The notes: generated from the letters alone by a model not told the origin. Counted from the first letter of the stretch, positions 27,765-38,407 are shown. The stretch: 64,000 nt of DNA from Anaerohalosphaeraceae bacterium (GCA_050309605.1 JBNRMN010000002.1:16438-80437), one strand, 5' to 3'. Translations and numbers: made by a program.

Positions 27765-29114
27765 ATGGATTTTGAATTTGCTACGCGAGATAAGGTCGCC
27801 GATGGGTTTAAGGCCGTCGGCGAGCGGTTCGACGCGAACGAGGCGATGATCAATGAGTTCAAGACGTGCATCGAACAGATTCAGGTTAAGCTCCGCCAGC
27901 TCCTGCAAACGAGGGGCTGGGGGGATAGTTTCACGTCGAATTCATTTTGGGGCAATGAGGACTATGCCCGCGAGTTTGGTCAGATCGTACTGAGCGTCTC
28001 GCGCGGTCAGACGAAGGACTTGGGCGAGCGGACGGACGCCCTGGGCGGCGTCCTTGTGCCGGACAATCTGTCCAGACGTCTGATTGATCTGCTGGGCAGC
28101 TTCGGCAAGTTTCGAAAAAACGCCCTGGTGTTTCCGCTGGGGCCGGGGACAACGCTTGTCCCGAAACTGGAAAGCGACTTGACGGTCGTTTGTCCGGGCG
28201 AGGGCAAAGAGATCAAGGCCTCGGACATGCTGTTCTCGGCGATCAAAATGCTGCCCAAAACGTGGGGCGTGCTGGCGGCTGTGTCCAACGAATTGGATGA
28301 TGATGCCCTGGTCGCGATCGGTGAAATCGCAGGAATGTCAATCGTGCGAAGTATGGCCCGCAAAGAGGACGAGGTCGGCTTTCTCGGCGACGGCACAGAG
28401 GAATACTTCGGGCACTGCGGCATCCTCGGTGAATTCAAAAGGATCAATGAGGACTATACTCAAGTTCCCGGGCTGGTTGCCAAAAACGTGGACAATTGGG
28501 GCCAGTTGACGCTGGACGATTTCAATGATGTGATTACGCTGCTGGACAGCCAGTTTGACGACGCGGCCAAGTGGTATTGCACGAAGGCCTTCTATCGGCA
28601 GGTGATGTACACGCTGGCCGCGTCTCAGGGCGATGTCGGGCTGTTTGAGCTGCTGAGCGGCAAACGCAGTCTGTCGTTCATGGGCTATCCTGTGGAGCTG
28701 GTGCATGCCATGCCCAAGGCTGTTTCCGAGAAGCAGGTGCCCTGCTTGTTGGGTGATTTGAAGAGCGGGGCCTATCTGGGCCAGCGCAAAGACCTGTCTA
28801 TTGCCCAGAGCCGCGAGGTGCTGTTTACGCGGTACATGACGGCGATCCTGGGCATTGAGCGGATCGATGTTCAGATCTTTGGCTGCGGGGACAAAAACAA
28901 CCCCGGCCCGATTGCCGCCGACAAGGACGGCAAGTTTTATTTCATCGGCATTGACCTGATCAAGGCGCACAAGCGGTATTATCGGATCAAACAGCCGCAT
29001 GTGGGCGATGGGACAATGACGGACAGTCTGCTGACGGTTATCGCCCTGGGCGTGCCGAATCGGACGCCTTTGAACGCCGCCGACGCCGGTTGCGAGGAAC
29101 GGGTGTTGGCATGA
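27765..29114 (+). CDS. HK97-fold phage major capsid protein with an atypical C-terminal extension
   Basis: N-terminal coiled coil, GG.LVP, EG..I..S...F..I, SNEL.DD, FLGDG, GYPV, LGD, ER.D. Confidence 0.88.
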   Translation: MDFEFATRDKVADGFKAVGERFDANEAMINEFKTCIEQIQVKLRQLLQTRGWGDSFTSNSFWGNEDYAREFGQIVLSVSRGQTKDLGERTDALGGVLVPDNLSRRLIDLLGSFGKFRKNALVFPLGPGTTLVPKLESDLTVVCPGEGKEIKASDMLFSAIKMLPKTWGVLAAVSNELDDDALVAIGEIAGMSIVRSMARKEDEVGFLGDGTEEYFGHCGILGEFKRINEDYTQVPGLVAKNVDNWGQLTLDDFNDVITLLDSQFDDAAKWYCTKAFYRQVMYTLAASQGDVGLFELLSGKRSLSFMGYPVELVHAMPKAVSEKQVPCLLGDLKSGAYLGQRKDLSIAQSREVLFTRYMTAILGIERIDVQIFGCGDKNNPGPIAADKDGKFYFIGIDLIKAHKRYYRIKQPHVGDGTMTDSLLTVIALGVPNRTPLNAADAGCEERVLA

Positions 29115-29290
29115 GGCAGGCGATTGAGGATTTTTGCAAGGACACAGGACGCACGCCCAACGGCAACATTGATATCCAAAAAGAGCTGGCTATTAAAGAA
29201 ATCACGCTAATTTTGAGGAATTCCGACCCTTGCTTTGTTTTAGCGCTGCTCCACCGGCTTCAGCGGCGTCAAGAACTCTGGACGGGCTGA
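29111..29290 (+). CDS. Small hypothetical protein
   Basis: ATGA overlap with the capsid stop; no recognisable motif. Confidence 0.4.
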   Translation: MRQAIEDFCKDTGRTPNGNIDIQKELAIKEITLILRNSDPCFVLALLHRLQRRQELWTG

Positions 29291-29571
29291 GCGGGATGTG
29301 TTTGTTTCCCGCAGCGCTCTGGCACGGTTCTTCCGCGCCCTGTTTTTGCTTAAAATATACCCAATTAAGCGTCGTTTTGTGTCCATTTAAGGGGCGTTTA
29401 ATCGGGGTTTGAAGGCCGACGCCTGCTTGTCGGATGTTAAAATAGGCAATTTGGCGCCGGAGATTTTATGCGCTATCGGCGGCGCATATTGAGTGAAACA
29501 AAAACTCATTTTGCGCGCGATTCTACATACATCTACATTCAGAAAAAATGTGCTTTTCTCTGTTTTTTTGC

Positions 29572-29600
29572 TTGACAGATAGGAATTGATACTATTTAGT
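29572..29600 (+). promoter_or_regulatory. Sigma70-type promoter with an overlapping imperfect Fur/PerR-like box
   Basis: TTGACA at 29572; ATAGGAATTGATACTAT partial palindrome between -35 and -10, upstream of the Fur-family gene. Confidence 0.5.
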
Positions 29601-29626
29601 GTGGATAATTAAACAGGAAGAGGCCC

Positions 29627-30079
29627 ATGGAAACCAATGAACACAAAACGACCTGGAATCAGAAGCTCAATGCGTTCTATGACCGCTGCCGTCAGGCGGG
29701 GCTGAAGATGACGCCGCAGCGTCTGGCCGTTTACAAGGCCTTGATCCAGACGAATTTGCATCCGACCGCCGACGATGTGTATCAAACGGTGCGTCGGGAG
29801 CTTCCCACGATCTCGCTGGATACGGTCAACCGGACGCTGCTGACACTGGCTGAAATCGGTGCGGCCTTCATCGTCGAGGGGACCGGACAGCCGCGCCGTT
29901 ATGACGGCGGGATGGAAGAACACCAGCATTTTCGCTGTCTGAAATGCGGAAAAATCATTGATTTTCATTATGAGCCGTATGACCAAATTGAAACGCCGTC
30001 ACACCTTGGCGATTTCAAGGTCATCCGAAAAACGGTCTATCTTGAGGGCTATTGCGCAGCGTGTGATCAGGACAACTGA
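29627..30079 (+). CDS. perR: Fur-family regulator, PerR-like
   Basis: GLK.TPQR, HPTAD..Y, IS..TV.RTL, H.HF.C..CG, C..C; heads peroxide-defence genes. Confidence 0.8.
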   Translation: METNEHKTTWNQKLNAFYDRCRQAGLKMTPQRLAVYKALIQTNLHPTADDVYQTVRRELPTISLDTVNRTLLTLAEIGAAFIVEGTGQPRRYDGGMEEHQHFRCLKCGKIIDFHYEPYDQIETPSHLGDFKVIRKTVYLEGYCAACDQDN

Positions 30080-30126
30080 TCGTTCAAAGTATATAACGTT
30101 CACATTGATAAGAAAGAGAGGTTTGT

Positions 30127-30699
30127 ATGTCAGTTAAAGGAACACAGACGGAGAAGAATTTGTTGACCGCATTTTCGGGAGAATCCCAGGCGCGCAATCG
30201 TTATACCTATTTTGCCGGCCAGGCCAAAAAGGAAGGGTATGAGCAGATTGCGGCCATTTTCTCTGAAACAGCCGACCAGGAAAAGGAGCACGCCAAACGG
30301 CTGTTCAAGTTTCTTGAAGGCGGCGAGGTTGAAATCGTCGGCAGTTTCCCGGCCGGCGTGATCGGCACCACCGAGCAGAACCTGCAGGAGGCGGCTCACG
30401 GCGAAAACTATGAAACAACCGAGATGTATCCCGGTTTTGCCAAAGTGGCCGAGGAAGAAGGTTTTACGGAAATCGCCGCGGTCTTTCGCAAGATCGCCGT
30501 GGCCGAGGCTCGCCACCGCGACCGTTATCTTGCGCTGCGCAAGAATATTCAGACCGGCCAGGTCTTTAAGCGTGAAAAACCGCAGCGCTGGATTTGCCGC
30601 AACTGCGGTTATGTGCACGAAGGAACAGAAGCGCCGAAGTCATGCCCGGCCTGTGCCCATCCTCAGGCTCATTTTGAGCTGGAAGCGGCCAATTATTGA
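30127..30699 (+). CDS. rbr: Rubrerythrin
   Basis: [25 protein letters not shown]...CPACAHP. Confidence 0.96.
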   Translation: MSVKGTQTEKNLLTAFSGESQARNRYTYFAGQAKKEGYEQIAAIFSETADQEKEHAKRLFKFLEGGEVEIVGSFPAGVIGTTEQNLQEAAHGENYETTEMYPGFAKVAEEEGFTEIAAVFRKIAVAEARHRDRYLALRKNIQTGQVFKREKPQRWICRNCGYVHEGTEAPKSCPACAHPQAHFELEAANY

Positions 30700-30790
30700 T
30701 TGGCGGCCGGCTTTTTGAGCGGCTTACACCGCGTATTGTGCCGGCGGCATGGTAAAAGGCCTTAAAGTGTAGAAAGGATGTTGCTTATTA

Positions 30791-30836
30791 ATGTCCGGGC
30801 GCTCGGCTTCGGAGGGGAGATACGACGCCCGGACAT
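30791..30836. other. Intergenic 11-bp perfect inverted repeat (terminator or stabilising hairpin)
   Basis: ATGTCCGGGCG ... CGCCCGGACAT between rbr and tpx. Confidence 0.6.
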
Positions 30837-30988
30837 CTTAATTTTGATGGGAATTCCTGATTTGTATGGGAAACAACAGGTATCGAAAATTAACGGAAAT
30901 TGTTAAAATCACACTGGCTTTTGCGCCTTTTTTGATTATCTTTATAATCATCAGTTTAGCGATAGCCGGTTGCGAAAGGAGTCAGACT

Positions 30989-31504
30989 ATGCAGGAACGA
31001 AAAGGTATCATTACGATGAAGGGAAATCCTCTGACCCTCACAGGTCAAGAGGTCAAAGTCGGTCAAAAGGCCCCGGACTTTACCGTGGTCGGAAATGATC
31101 TTTCACCCGTTACTCTGTCGTCTTTTTCGGGTAAGGTGATTGTGGTTTCGTCGGTGCCGTCGCTGGATACGGGGGTCTGTGATGTAATGACGCGGCGTTT
31201 TAACGACGAGGCCGGCAAGCTGGGCGACGAGGTCGTTGTGCTGACCATAAGTATGGATTTGCCGTTCGCTCAGAATCGCTGGTGCGGCGCGACGGGGGTG
31301 ACCCATGTGACGACGCTGTCGGATTACCAGACGGCGGATTTTGGGCAAAAATACGGCCTGCTGATCAAAGAGCTGCGTCTGCTGGCGCGGGCGGTTTTGG
31401 TGATTGACAAAGCCGGTGTGGTGCGGTATGTTCAGGTGGTGCCGGAAATTGCGACGGAGCCGGATTATGACGCCGTGCTCAAGGCCGTCAACGACGTGTT
31501 GTAA
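30989..31504 (+). CDS. tpx: Thiol peroxidase
   Basis: VPSLDTGVC, ISMDLPFAQ.RWC, LLARAV, EPDY. An AAAGGAG RBS supports this start over 30866. Confidence 0.95.
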   Translation: MQERKGIITMKGNPLTLTGQEVKVGQKAPDFTVVGNDLSPVTLSSFSGKVIVVSSVPSLDTGVCDVMTRRFNDEAGKLGDEVVVLTISMDLPFAQNRWCGATGVTHVTTLSDYQTADFGQKYGLLIKELRLLARAVLVIDKAGVVRYVQVVPEIATEPDYDAVLKAVNDVL

Positions 31505-31623
31505 GGCAGAAGACAGAATTCAGAATTCAGAAAACAGAGGACAGAAGGCAGTAGGCAGAAGTCGGAATCTTGCCCTCTGGGTTTCTCTGTGGTGATTTGG
31601 TTTAGAGTTACAAAGGTGCATCG

Positions 31624-32805
31624 ATGAGAGCATTGACAGAACGCATCTGTGAAGTGGGCGTACAGGACTGGGATCGCCGGCTCTTTGATGAGCTGATTCC
31701 GCTTCCGGACGGGACCAGTTACAACGCTTACCTGATCAAAGGCAGTGAAAAGACGGCGCTGCTGGATACGGTTGATCCGTCCAAGACCGAATTGCTGGTG
31801 GACCATCTGGTGCGGGCGGGAGCGGACTCGATTGATTATATCATCAGCCATCACGCCGAGCAGGATCACTCCGGCAGTATCCCGGATATGCTGCTGATGT
31901 ATCCGGATGCCAAGGTCGTGACCAATCCCAAATGCAAGGCGATGCTGATTGACCATTTGCAGCTTGAGGATGATCGGTTTATCGAGGTTCAGGATGGCCA
32001 GGAGCTGTCGCTGGGCGATAAGACACTTCAGTTTATCTATACGCCGTGGGTGCATTGGCCTGAGACCATGTGCACGTGGGTCAAAGAAGACCGCATCTTG
32101 TTCAGTTGTGATTTTTTTGGTTCGCATCAGGCGTGCAGCAATCTCTATGTTGACAATGAAGCCCTTGTGCTGGAAGCGGCCAAGCGGTATTACGGTGAGA
32201 TCATGATGCCGTTTCGCACGTCGATTCGCGGCAATCTGAAAAAGCTTGACGGACTGGATATTGCAATGATCGCTCCCAGTCATGGCCCGGTGTATAATCG
32301 TCCGTCATTGATTCTGGATGCCTATCGGGACTGGATTGCCGAAGACAAGGTCAAAAACCATGTCATTGTGGCGTATGTCTCAATGCACGACAGCACACAG
32401 CGGATGGCCGAGTATTTCGTCGATGCCCTGATGGAACGCGGCGTCGGAGTCAAGCAGTATAATCTGACCGTTGCGGATATCGGCGAACTGGTCATTGATC
32501 TGGTGGATGCGGCGACGGTGGTGATTGGTTCGCCGACGGTGCTGGTCGGGGCGCATCCGTCGGCGCTGTATTGTGCGGCACTGGTCAATGTCCTGCGCCC
32601 CAAGACCAAACATCTGGGGATTATCGGGTCGTTTGGCTGGGGCAGCAAGATGGTCGATCAGATTACCGGTATGCTGACGAATGTCAAGGCCGAGATTTTT
32701 GAGCCGGTGCTTTCCAAAGGGATGGCCGGTGAACAGGCCTATTCAGAACTGGATGTGCTGGCGGATAAAATCGCACAAAAACACAACGCCCTCGGGCTGA
32801 TGTGA
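31624..32805 (+). CDS. fprA: Flavodiiron protein (FprA/Roo)
   Basis: [29 protein letters not shown], flavodoxin domain. Confidence 0.93.
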   Translation: MRALTERICEVGVQDWDRRLFDELIPLPDGTSYNAYLIKGSEKTALLDTVDPSKTELLVDHLVRAGADSIDYIISHHAEQDHSGSIPDMLLMYPDAKVVTNPKCKAMLIDHLQLEDDRFIEVQDGQELSLGDKTLQFIYTPWVHWPETMCTWVKEDRILFSCDFFGSHQACSNLYVDNEALVLEAAKRYYGEIMMPFRTSIRGNLKKLDGLDIAMIAPSHGPVYNRPSLILDAYRDWIAEDKVKNHVIVAYVSMHDSTQRMAEYFVDALMERGVGVKQYNLTVADIGELVIDLVDAATVVIGSPTVLVGAHPSALYCAALVNVLRPKTKHLGIIGSFGWGSKMVDQITGMLTNVKAEIFEPVLSKGMAGEQAYSELDVLADKIAQKHNALGLM

Positions 32806-32857
32806 TGGGTTGAGGGATATTGAGAAAACGTTAACTTTTTTGCAAAGGAATGTAACA

Positions 32858-33232
32858 ATGGCAGCAAAACACGAAATTTATAAATGTTTGGCGTGCGGCA
32901 ATATCGTGGAAGTGGTGCATGGCGGCGACGGCGAATTGGTCTGTTGCAATCAGCCGATGAAAAAAATGACAGAGAACACCGTCGATGCGGCCAAAGAAAA
33001 GCACGTGCCGGTCATCGAAAAAATAGATGGCGGCTATAAGGTCAAAATCGGCAGTGTGCCGCATCCGATGACCGAGGAACATTATATCGAATGGATTGAA
33101 CTGACGGCCGATGGCAAGTCGTATAAGCAGTATCTGTCGCCGGGACAGGAACCGGAAGCGGTCTTCTGTGTGCAGGCCGAGAAGGTCGGTGCACGCGAGT
33201 ACTGCAATCTGCACGGCCTCTGGAAGGCGTAA
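32858..33232 (+). CDS. dfx: Desulfoferrodoxin (superoxide reductase)
   Basis: [33 protein letters not shown]. Confidence 0.96.
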   Translation: MAAKHEIYKCLACGNIVEVVHGGDGELVCCNQPMKKMTENTVDAAKEKHVPVIEKIDGGYKVKIGSVPHPMTEEHYIEWIELTADGKSYKQYLSPGQEPEAVFCVQAEKVGAREYCNLHGLWKA

Positions 33233-33271
33233 GTCATGTCCGCACGGTGTTTAGAATAGGGAAACCACACG

Positions 33272-33781
33272 ATGATACCTACTCGGATTGAACAGGCGTT
33301 TAATCAGCAGATCAACGCCGAGACCTATTCGGCGTATCTGTACTGGTCGATGTCCGCGGCGCTGGAGGCGATGAATCTGCCGGGGTTTGCCAACTGGATG
33401 CGAATTCAGGCTCAGGAAGAGATGACCCATGCCGAGAAGTTCTTTCGGTATCTTGTTGAGCGCGGCGGCCAAGTCAAGCTGACGGCCATTGACGGGCCGC
33501 CGACCGAATGGAAGGATCTTGACGCGATTTTCAGCAATGTCCTTGAGCATGAACAGCATGTGACCGGTTTGATTAACCAGTTGATGGACCTGGCGATGGC
33601 GGAAAAAGATCATGCCTCGGTGATGTTTTTGCAGTGGTTTGTCAGCGAACAGGTCGAAGAAGAAGCGACCGCACAAGAGATCCTCGGCAAGCTGAAGATC
33701 GCCGGCACCGCCTCGGCGGCGCTGTATATGCTTGATAAAGAAATGGCGCAGCGTGTGTTTGTGCCGCCTGCAAGTGAATAA
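33272..33781 (+). CDS. ftn: Non-heme ferritin
   Basis: QIN.E.YS.YLY, EE..HA, HE, FLQWFV.EQVEEE. Confidence 0.95.
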   Translation: MIPTRIEQAFNQQINAETYSAYLYWSMSAALEAMNLPGFANWMRIQAQEEMTHAEKFFRYLVERGGQVKLTAIDGPPTEWKDLDAIFSNVLEHEQHVTGLINQLMDLAMAEKDHASVMFLQWFVSEQVEEEATAQEILGKLKIAGTASAALYMLDKEMAQRVFVPPASE

Positions 33782-33804
33782 CAAGACCCCTTAGGAGACA
33801 GCGT

Positions 33805-34296
33805 ATGACTATCACTTTCAATGCTGATGAGATTTTCGAAATTGCCGAACAGATCGAGCGCAATGCTGCGCAGTTTTATTACGAAGCGGCTGACAAGGCG
33901 CCAGATCCGGATTCCAAAAAATTGCTCAACGACCTCAGCGCGATGGAAAAAGGTCACGAACAAACCTTTGCTCAGATGCGCACGGAGCTGAGCGCGGCGG
34001 AAAAAGAGCCGACTACCTTTGATCCGGATAATGAGGTGGCGTTGTATCTTCGCACGATGGCGGATTTCCACGGCACTGAAGGCAAAATCAGTGCGACAGA
34101 AAAGCTCAGCGGCCTGGAAAGTATGGAGGATATTCTCAAAATCGCACTGCAGGCTGAGAAGAATTCCATTGCGTTTTATGTGGGCATCAAAGATGTGGTT
34201 CCGAGCAAGTCGGGCAAGGACAAAATCCATGCCATTATCATTGAAGAAATGACCCACGTCTCGACGCTGGGCGCCAAACTGCAATCGCTTAAATAA
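33805..34296 (+). CDS. Ferritin-like / rubrerythrin-family diiron protein
   Basis: A..IE.....FY, E..H, A...EK.SI.FY, EE..H. Confidence 0.88.
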   Translation: MTITFNADEIFEIAEQIERNAAQFYYEAADKAPDPDSKKLLNDLSAMEKGHEQTFAQMRTELSAAEKEPTTFDPDNEVALYLRTMADFHGTEGKISATEKLSGLESMEDILKIALQAEKNSIAFYVGIKDVVPSKSGKDKIHAIIIEEMTHVSTLGAKLQSLK

Positions 34297-34386
34297 TGGA
34301 GTCGGCAAAGGCAACGGCCTGATTGCAGCATTAAGGGGGGCTTTCTGCGATCCGGTCTTTAGGGCGTCTTTTTTGTATTTCGGTTC

Positions 34387-35460
34387 GTGATGGCACAAAC
34401 GCAGTCAAAATCCAATCTGCTGCGTAAGCAGCCTGCTATGCGAAAGGTGTTGCTGGCCTTGATTCCCTGTGGGGCCGGGAGCATCTACTATTTCGGCTGG
34501 CGTTCACTGGCGATGATCGCGTTTTGCTGGGTGTGGGGTTTTTTTCTGGAGTGGCTCTTTTGCCGCAAGCGCGGCGAGCCGGTCAGCGAGGCCGTATTCG
34601 TTACCGCGACGCTTTTTGCACTGGTGATGCCGCCGGGGGTGGGCTGGCATGTGCTGGCGGTGGGAATGGGGTTTGCGATTATTTTTTCCAAAGAGGTGTT
34701 CGGCGGTTTCGGCCGCAATGTGTTTAATCCGGCTTTGGCGGGGCGGTGTTTTGTGTATATTTGCTTTCCGGTGGCTCTGACGGGGGTTTGGCAAGAACCC
34801 GCGTCAGGCCCGTCGGGGGCACTGGGTCGCTGGACGACGGCCGTGCGTCCGGACGGGACCGCGGCGGTGACGGGTGCGTCCACCATGGCCCATCTGAAGG
34901 CCGGTCATCTGGTGCGTTCGTCCGATTCTGATGCACTTGACCACATTCCCTTTGAGGTCGGCGACCAGGAACGCATCAAAATCAGCAACACGGCTCTGTT
35001 TAAGGCGCAGTTTTTCGGCCGGATGAGCGGAACGATGGGCGTGACCAGCGTGCTGCTGATTCTGATCGGCGGGGTGTATCTGTTCTGGACCAAGACGGCC
35101 AGCCGCACGACTATTTTGTCGGTGGTGATTACCTATGCGGTTTTGAATCAGGTCTTGTTCTGGCTGGGGGTCAAGCCGGTGCCGGGCGCCTGGCCGGCGG
35201 TGTTGGGCGGCGGGTTTCTGCTGGGTGCGTTTTTTATGGCGACCGATCCGGTCAGTTCTCCCAAAACCGAATGGGGCCGGATTTTCTTTGGCATGATCAT
35301 CGGGACGGGAACCACCGTCATACGCAATTTTTCAATCTTCAATGGCGGGTTGATGTTCAGTATTCTGCTGGGCAATATGTTTGCGCCGATCATTGATTAC
35401 GGCGTCAAGGCCTGGCAGGAACGCAAAAAAACCAAAGGGACTGTACCGGAGGCGGCATGA
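34387..35460 (+). CDS. RnfD/NqrB-family membrane subunit
   Basis: KEVFGGFG.NVFNPA..GR, VTGAST flavinylation-like site, FMATDPVSSP. Confidence 0.92.
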   Translation: MMAQTQSKSNLLRKQPAMRKVLLALIPCGAGSIYYFGWRSLAMIAFCWVWGFFLEWLFCRKRGEPVSEAVFVTATLFALVMPPGVGWHVLAVGMGFAIIFSKEVFGGFGRNVFNPALAGRCFVYICFPVALTGVWQEPASGPSGALGRWTTAVRPDGTAAVTGASTMAHLKAGHLVRSSDSDALDHIPFEVGDQERIKISNTALFKAQFFGRMSGTMGVTSVLLILIGGVYLFWTKTASRTTILSVVITYAVLNQVLFWLGVKPVPGAWPAVLGGGFLLGAFFMATDPVSSPKTEWGRIFFGMIIGTGTTVIRNFSIFNGGLMFSILLGNMFAPIIDYGVKAWQERKKTKGTVPEAA

Positions 35461-36074
35461 TGAAGGACAAACCCTGGTTTCCGGTGGCGTATATGTTTGT
35501 TGTTACGGCGTGCTTCAGTACGGTGCTGATCGGGTTTTCGCGTCTGACGCGCGAGCGTGTAGAGGCCAACCAGGAGATTGCCTTTGAACGGGCGGTGCTG
35601 GAGTCTTTTCCTGAGATTGAGGTGCCGCCGACGCCGCAGATCCACGAGCGGTTTGTGCAGTTGTTTGAACAATCCGAGCAGGCCGGTGGGGCGTATGTCT
35701 ATCGCAAAGACGGCCGGGTTGTCGGCTACGCCGTGCCGGTGGCCGGACAGGGATTCTGGGCGCCGATACGCGGCATTGTGGGGGTCTCGCAGGATTTGGA
35801 TACGATTGTCGGCATTTCCTTTTATGAACAAACTGAAACACCCGGCCTGGGGGCGCGGATTACCGAACCGGAGTTCCGCCGGCAGTTTGAGGGCTTGCGC
35901 ATCGGCGAGGCATCAGCGCCGATCGGCATTCGCCCGACGTCGGTGACGCCTGCGGATAATGAGGTGCACGCCATTACCGGCGCTACACAAACGAGTGTGC
36001 GGCTGGAGAGGCTGATCAACGAGGATCTTTCGGCGTGGCTGGAGATGATGCAGCAGCAGGAGGAGGTGCAATGA
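35457..36074 (+). CDS. RnfG/NqrC-family FMN-binding subunit
   Basis: G.GFW..I, ETPGLGA.I, AITGAT.TS. Confidence 0.92.
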   Translation: MMKDKPWFPVAYMFVVTACFSTVLIGFSRLTRERVEANQEIAFERAVLESFPEIEVPPTPQIHERFVQLFEQSEQAGGAYVYRKDGRVVGYAVPVAGQGFWAPIRGIVGVSQDLDTIVGISFYEQTETPGLGARITEPEFRRQFEGLRIGEASAPIGIRPTSVTPADNEVHAITGATQTSVRLERLINEDLSAWLEMMQQQEEVQ

Positions 36075-36697
36075 ACGGCTCAACTTCGACCGCTCCGCGC
36101 GATATTATGGTGGATGCCCTATGGCGCAACAATCCCATTTTTCGCCAGATACTGGGGATTTGCAGCACGCTGGCGGTGACCAATGTGGTCTTGAATACGG
36201 TGGTTATGTGTGTGTCGCTGACGGCGGTGACGGCGCTGAGCTGTCTGACGGTATCGCTGCTGCGGCACTGGACGCCGCGGAATATCCGGATGATGGTGCA
36301 GACGCTGATCATTGCGTTTTATGTGATTATCGTCGATTTAATTCTCAAGGCGTACTGGCCGGAGATGAGTCGCAATCTCGGCCCGTTCGTCGGCCTGATT
36401 ATTACCAACTGTATCATTATGGGGCGCTGTGAGGCCTTTGCCGGGACGAATCCGCCGAAGGCGGCTTTTCTGGACGGGCTGTTCAGCGGCCTGGGGTATT
36501 CGTTTGTGCTGCTGGCGATTGCCGTCCCGCGCGAGCTGTTCGGGATGGGCACGATTCTGGGCGTTTCGATGCCGTATTTTTCGTCGCCGTATTGGGATAA
36601 ATGGATCATTATGGTGATGCCGCCGGGGGCGTTTTTTATGCTGGCGTCGATTTTGTGGGTCTTTCGCTCCATCGGCGACAGGGAGGTGAAGAAATGA
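36071..36697 (+). CDS. RnfE/NqrD-family subunit
   Basis: NP...QILGICSTLAVT, GLIITNCIIMGR.EAFA, PPGAF. Confidence 0.92.
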   Translation: MNGSTSTAPRDIMVDALWRNNPIFRQILGICSTLAVTNVVLNTVVMCVSLTAVTALSCLTVSLLRHWTPRNIRMMVQTLIIAFYVIIVDLILKAYWPEMSRNLGPFVGLIITNCIIMGRCEAFAGTNPPKAAFLDGLFSGLGYSFVLLAIAVPRELFGMGTILGVSMPYFSSPYWDKWIIMVMPPGAFFMLASILWVFRSIGDREVKK

Positions 36698-37293
36698 ACG
36701 GGATGGGACAGGAACTGTGGATGGCGGTGGTGACGTGTTTTGCGGCTGTTTTTACGCAGAACATTTTGCTGACGACGTTTTTGGGGATGTGTCCGTTTAC
36801 GAGTGTTTCCCGCGAGGTTAAGACCGCTGCGGGGCTGGGCGGGGCGGTGGTCTTTGTGATGACCTTTACGTCGCTGCTGAACTGGCTGGCGTATTATTAC
36901 GTGCTGGTGCCGCTGGAACTGGAGTTTTTCCGTTTTATTCTGTTTATTATTATCATCGCGGCATTTGTGCAGTTTGTAGAAATGGTCATTGACCGCTATT
37001 CGCCGAAACTGTATCAGACGCTGGGGATTTTTCTGCCGCTGATAACGGTGAACTGTGCGATTCTGGGTGTGTCTTTGTTTATGGTGATTCGTGAGCATTC
37101 CTTTATCGTGACGATCGGCTATGGCTTTGGCAGCGGAGTGGGATGGCTGCTGGCGATTTTGGCGATGGCCGGCATTCGGCAGCGGCTCAATGAGTCGCGT
37201 GTGCCGGCAGGATTGCGCGGGCCGGGGATTACGCTGATTATTGCCGGTCTGATGGCACTGGCGTTTGTCGGGTTTACGGGCGTTTTGAGTTAA
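36694..37293 (+). CDS. RnfA/NqrE-family subunit
   Basis: FLGMCP, LGIFLPLITVNCAILG, AGIR.RL. Confidence 0.92.
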   Translation: MNGMGQELWMAVVTCFAAVFTQNILLTTFLGMCPFTSVSREVKTAAGLGGAVVFVMTFTSLLNWLAYYYVLVPLELEFFRFILFIIIIAAFVQFVEMVIDRYSPKLYQTLGIFLPLITVNCAILGVSLFMVIREHSFIVTIGYGFGSGVGWLLAILAMAGIRQRLNESRVPAGLRGPGITLIIAGLMALAFVGFTGVLS

Positions 37294-37306
37294 AAGGATT
37301 CCGACG

Positions 37307-38407
37307 TTGATAAGCTTCCTGGTTACGGTCTTTTTTGTCAGTCTCATCGCCGCCGGTTTGGCGCTGGCACTCGTGGTGGCCGAGCGGTATATCGCCGACT
37401 ATGGCGAGTGCAAAATCACGCTCAACGATAAACGCGAAATCACCGTTGAGGGCGGCAAGCCGCTGCTGTCGGTACTGCGGGAAGAGAAGATTTTTATTCC
37501 CAGTGCCTGCGGCGGGCGCGGCACATGCGGTGTGTGCAAGGTCAAGGTGCTTGACGGCGCCGGTCCGATTCTGCCGACTGAAACGCCGTTTATGACCAAA
37601 GACGAAATCGCCGGCCGTGTTCGTTTGTCCTGTCAGGTCAAGGTGCGGCAGAATTTGTCGATTGAAATACCCGATGAACTGTTCAATGTTCGGGAATATA
37701 CAACCCGATGCACCGGCATCGAAGAGTTGACCTATGATATGAGCCGGTTTCGTTTTGAATTGGCCGAGCCGAAGACCATTGAGTATGTTCCGGGGCAATA
37801 TGTGCAACTGCTCTGTCCGCGGTACAAGGGCAGCAGCGAAGAGGTCTATCGGGCCTATTCCATTGCCTCCGATCCGAACGAAAAGGGCATCATTGATCTG
37901 ATTATCCGGCGCGTGCCGAACGGGATTTGCACGACGTGGTGTTTTGAGTATCTAAAAGAAGGCGATACGGTCAAACTCAACGGCCCCTATGGCGAATTTC
38001 GTTTGAGTGAATCGGATGCGCCGATGGTATTCGTTGCCGGCGGCAGCGGTATGGCGCCGTTTGTCTCGATTCTGCATCAGATGAAACATAACCATGATCA
38101 GCGAGAAGCGGTGTATTTTTTCGGCGGTAATACCGTGCGTGATTTGTGTTTGACCGAGCAGATGAAGGCGTTTGAAAAGGCACTGCCGGATTTTACGTTT
38201 ATACCGGTGGTTGCCCGTCCGGAGGAAGACGGCGGCTGGGACGGTGAAACGGGACTGGTGACCGACGCGGTCAAGCGGAAATACAAGGACTTAAGCGGTT
38301 ATGAGGGGTATTTGTGCGGCAGCCCCGGAATGATTGATGCGGCGATCAAGGTGTTTACGTCGCTGGGAATGCCGGACGAGAAGATTTATTATGATAAATT
38401 TGCATAA
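37307..38407 (+). CDS. NqrF-like 2Fe-2S/FAD/NADH oxidoreductase
   Basis: N-terminal TM, SACGGRGTCGVC, RLSCQ, RAYS, GPYG, GGSGMAP, YLCG.P, YDKF. Confidence 0.92.
   Translation: MISFLVTVFFVSLIAAGLALALVVAERYIADYGECKITLNDKREITVEGGKPLLSVLREEKIFIPSACGGRGTCGVCKVKVLDGAGPILPTETPFMTKDEIAGRVRLSCQVKVRQNLSIEIPDELFNVREYTTRCTGIEELTYDMSRFRFELAEPKTIEYVPGQYVQLLCPRYKGSSEEVYRAYSIASDPNEKGIIDLIIRRVPNGICTTWCFEYLKEGDTVKLNGPYGEFRLSESDAPMVFVAGGSGMAPFVSILHQMKHNHDQREAVYFFGGNTVRDLCLTEQMKAFEKALPDFTFIPVVARPEEDGGWDGETGLVTDAVKRKYKDLSGYEGYLCGSPGMIDAAIKVFTSLGMPDEKIYYDKFA

Larger units (their letters stand above)
22318..29527. mobile_element. Mu-like transposable element / reduced transposable prophage (~7.2 kb)
   Basis: Repressor, DDE transposase, MuB-like ATPase, prohead protease and capsid. 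The ends TGTAACATCTCACCCAAAATG and (reverse complement) TGTAGAATCGCGCGCAAAATG match at 16/21. Confidence 0.75.

Noticed and set aside
27765..29114. Encapsulin serving the neighbouring ferritin/rubrerythrin genes
   Set aside because: It has an N-terminal scaffold-like coiled coil and an adjacent prohead protease inside a Mu-like element, so it is phage-type; adjacency to stress genes is likely incidental.
30866..30988. Lipoprotein signal (LAIAGC) on Tpx
   Set aside because: A strong RBS precedes ATG 30989, and the upstream stretch contains TATAAT within a TGATTAT-N4-ATAATCA palindrome, so it is more likely promoter DNA.
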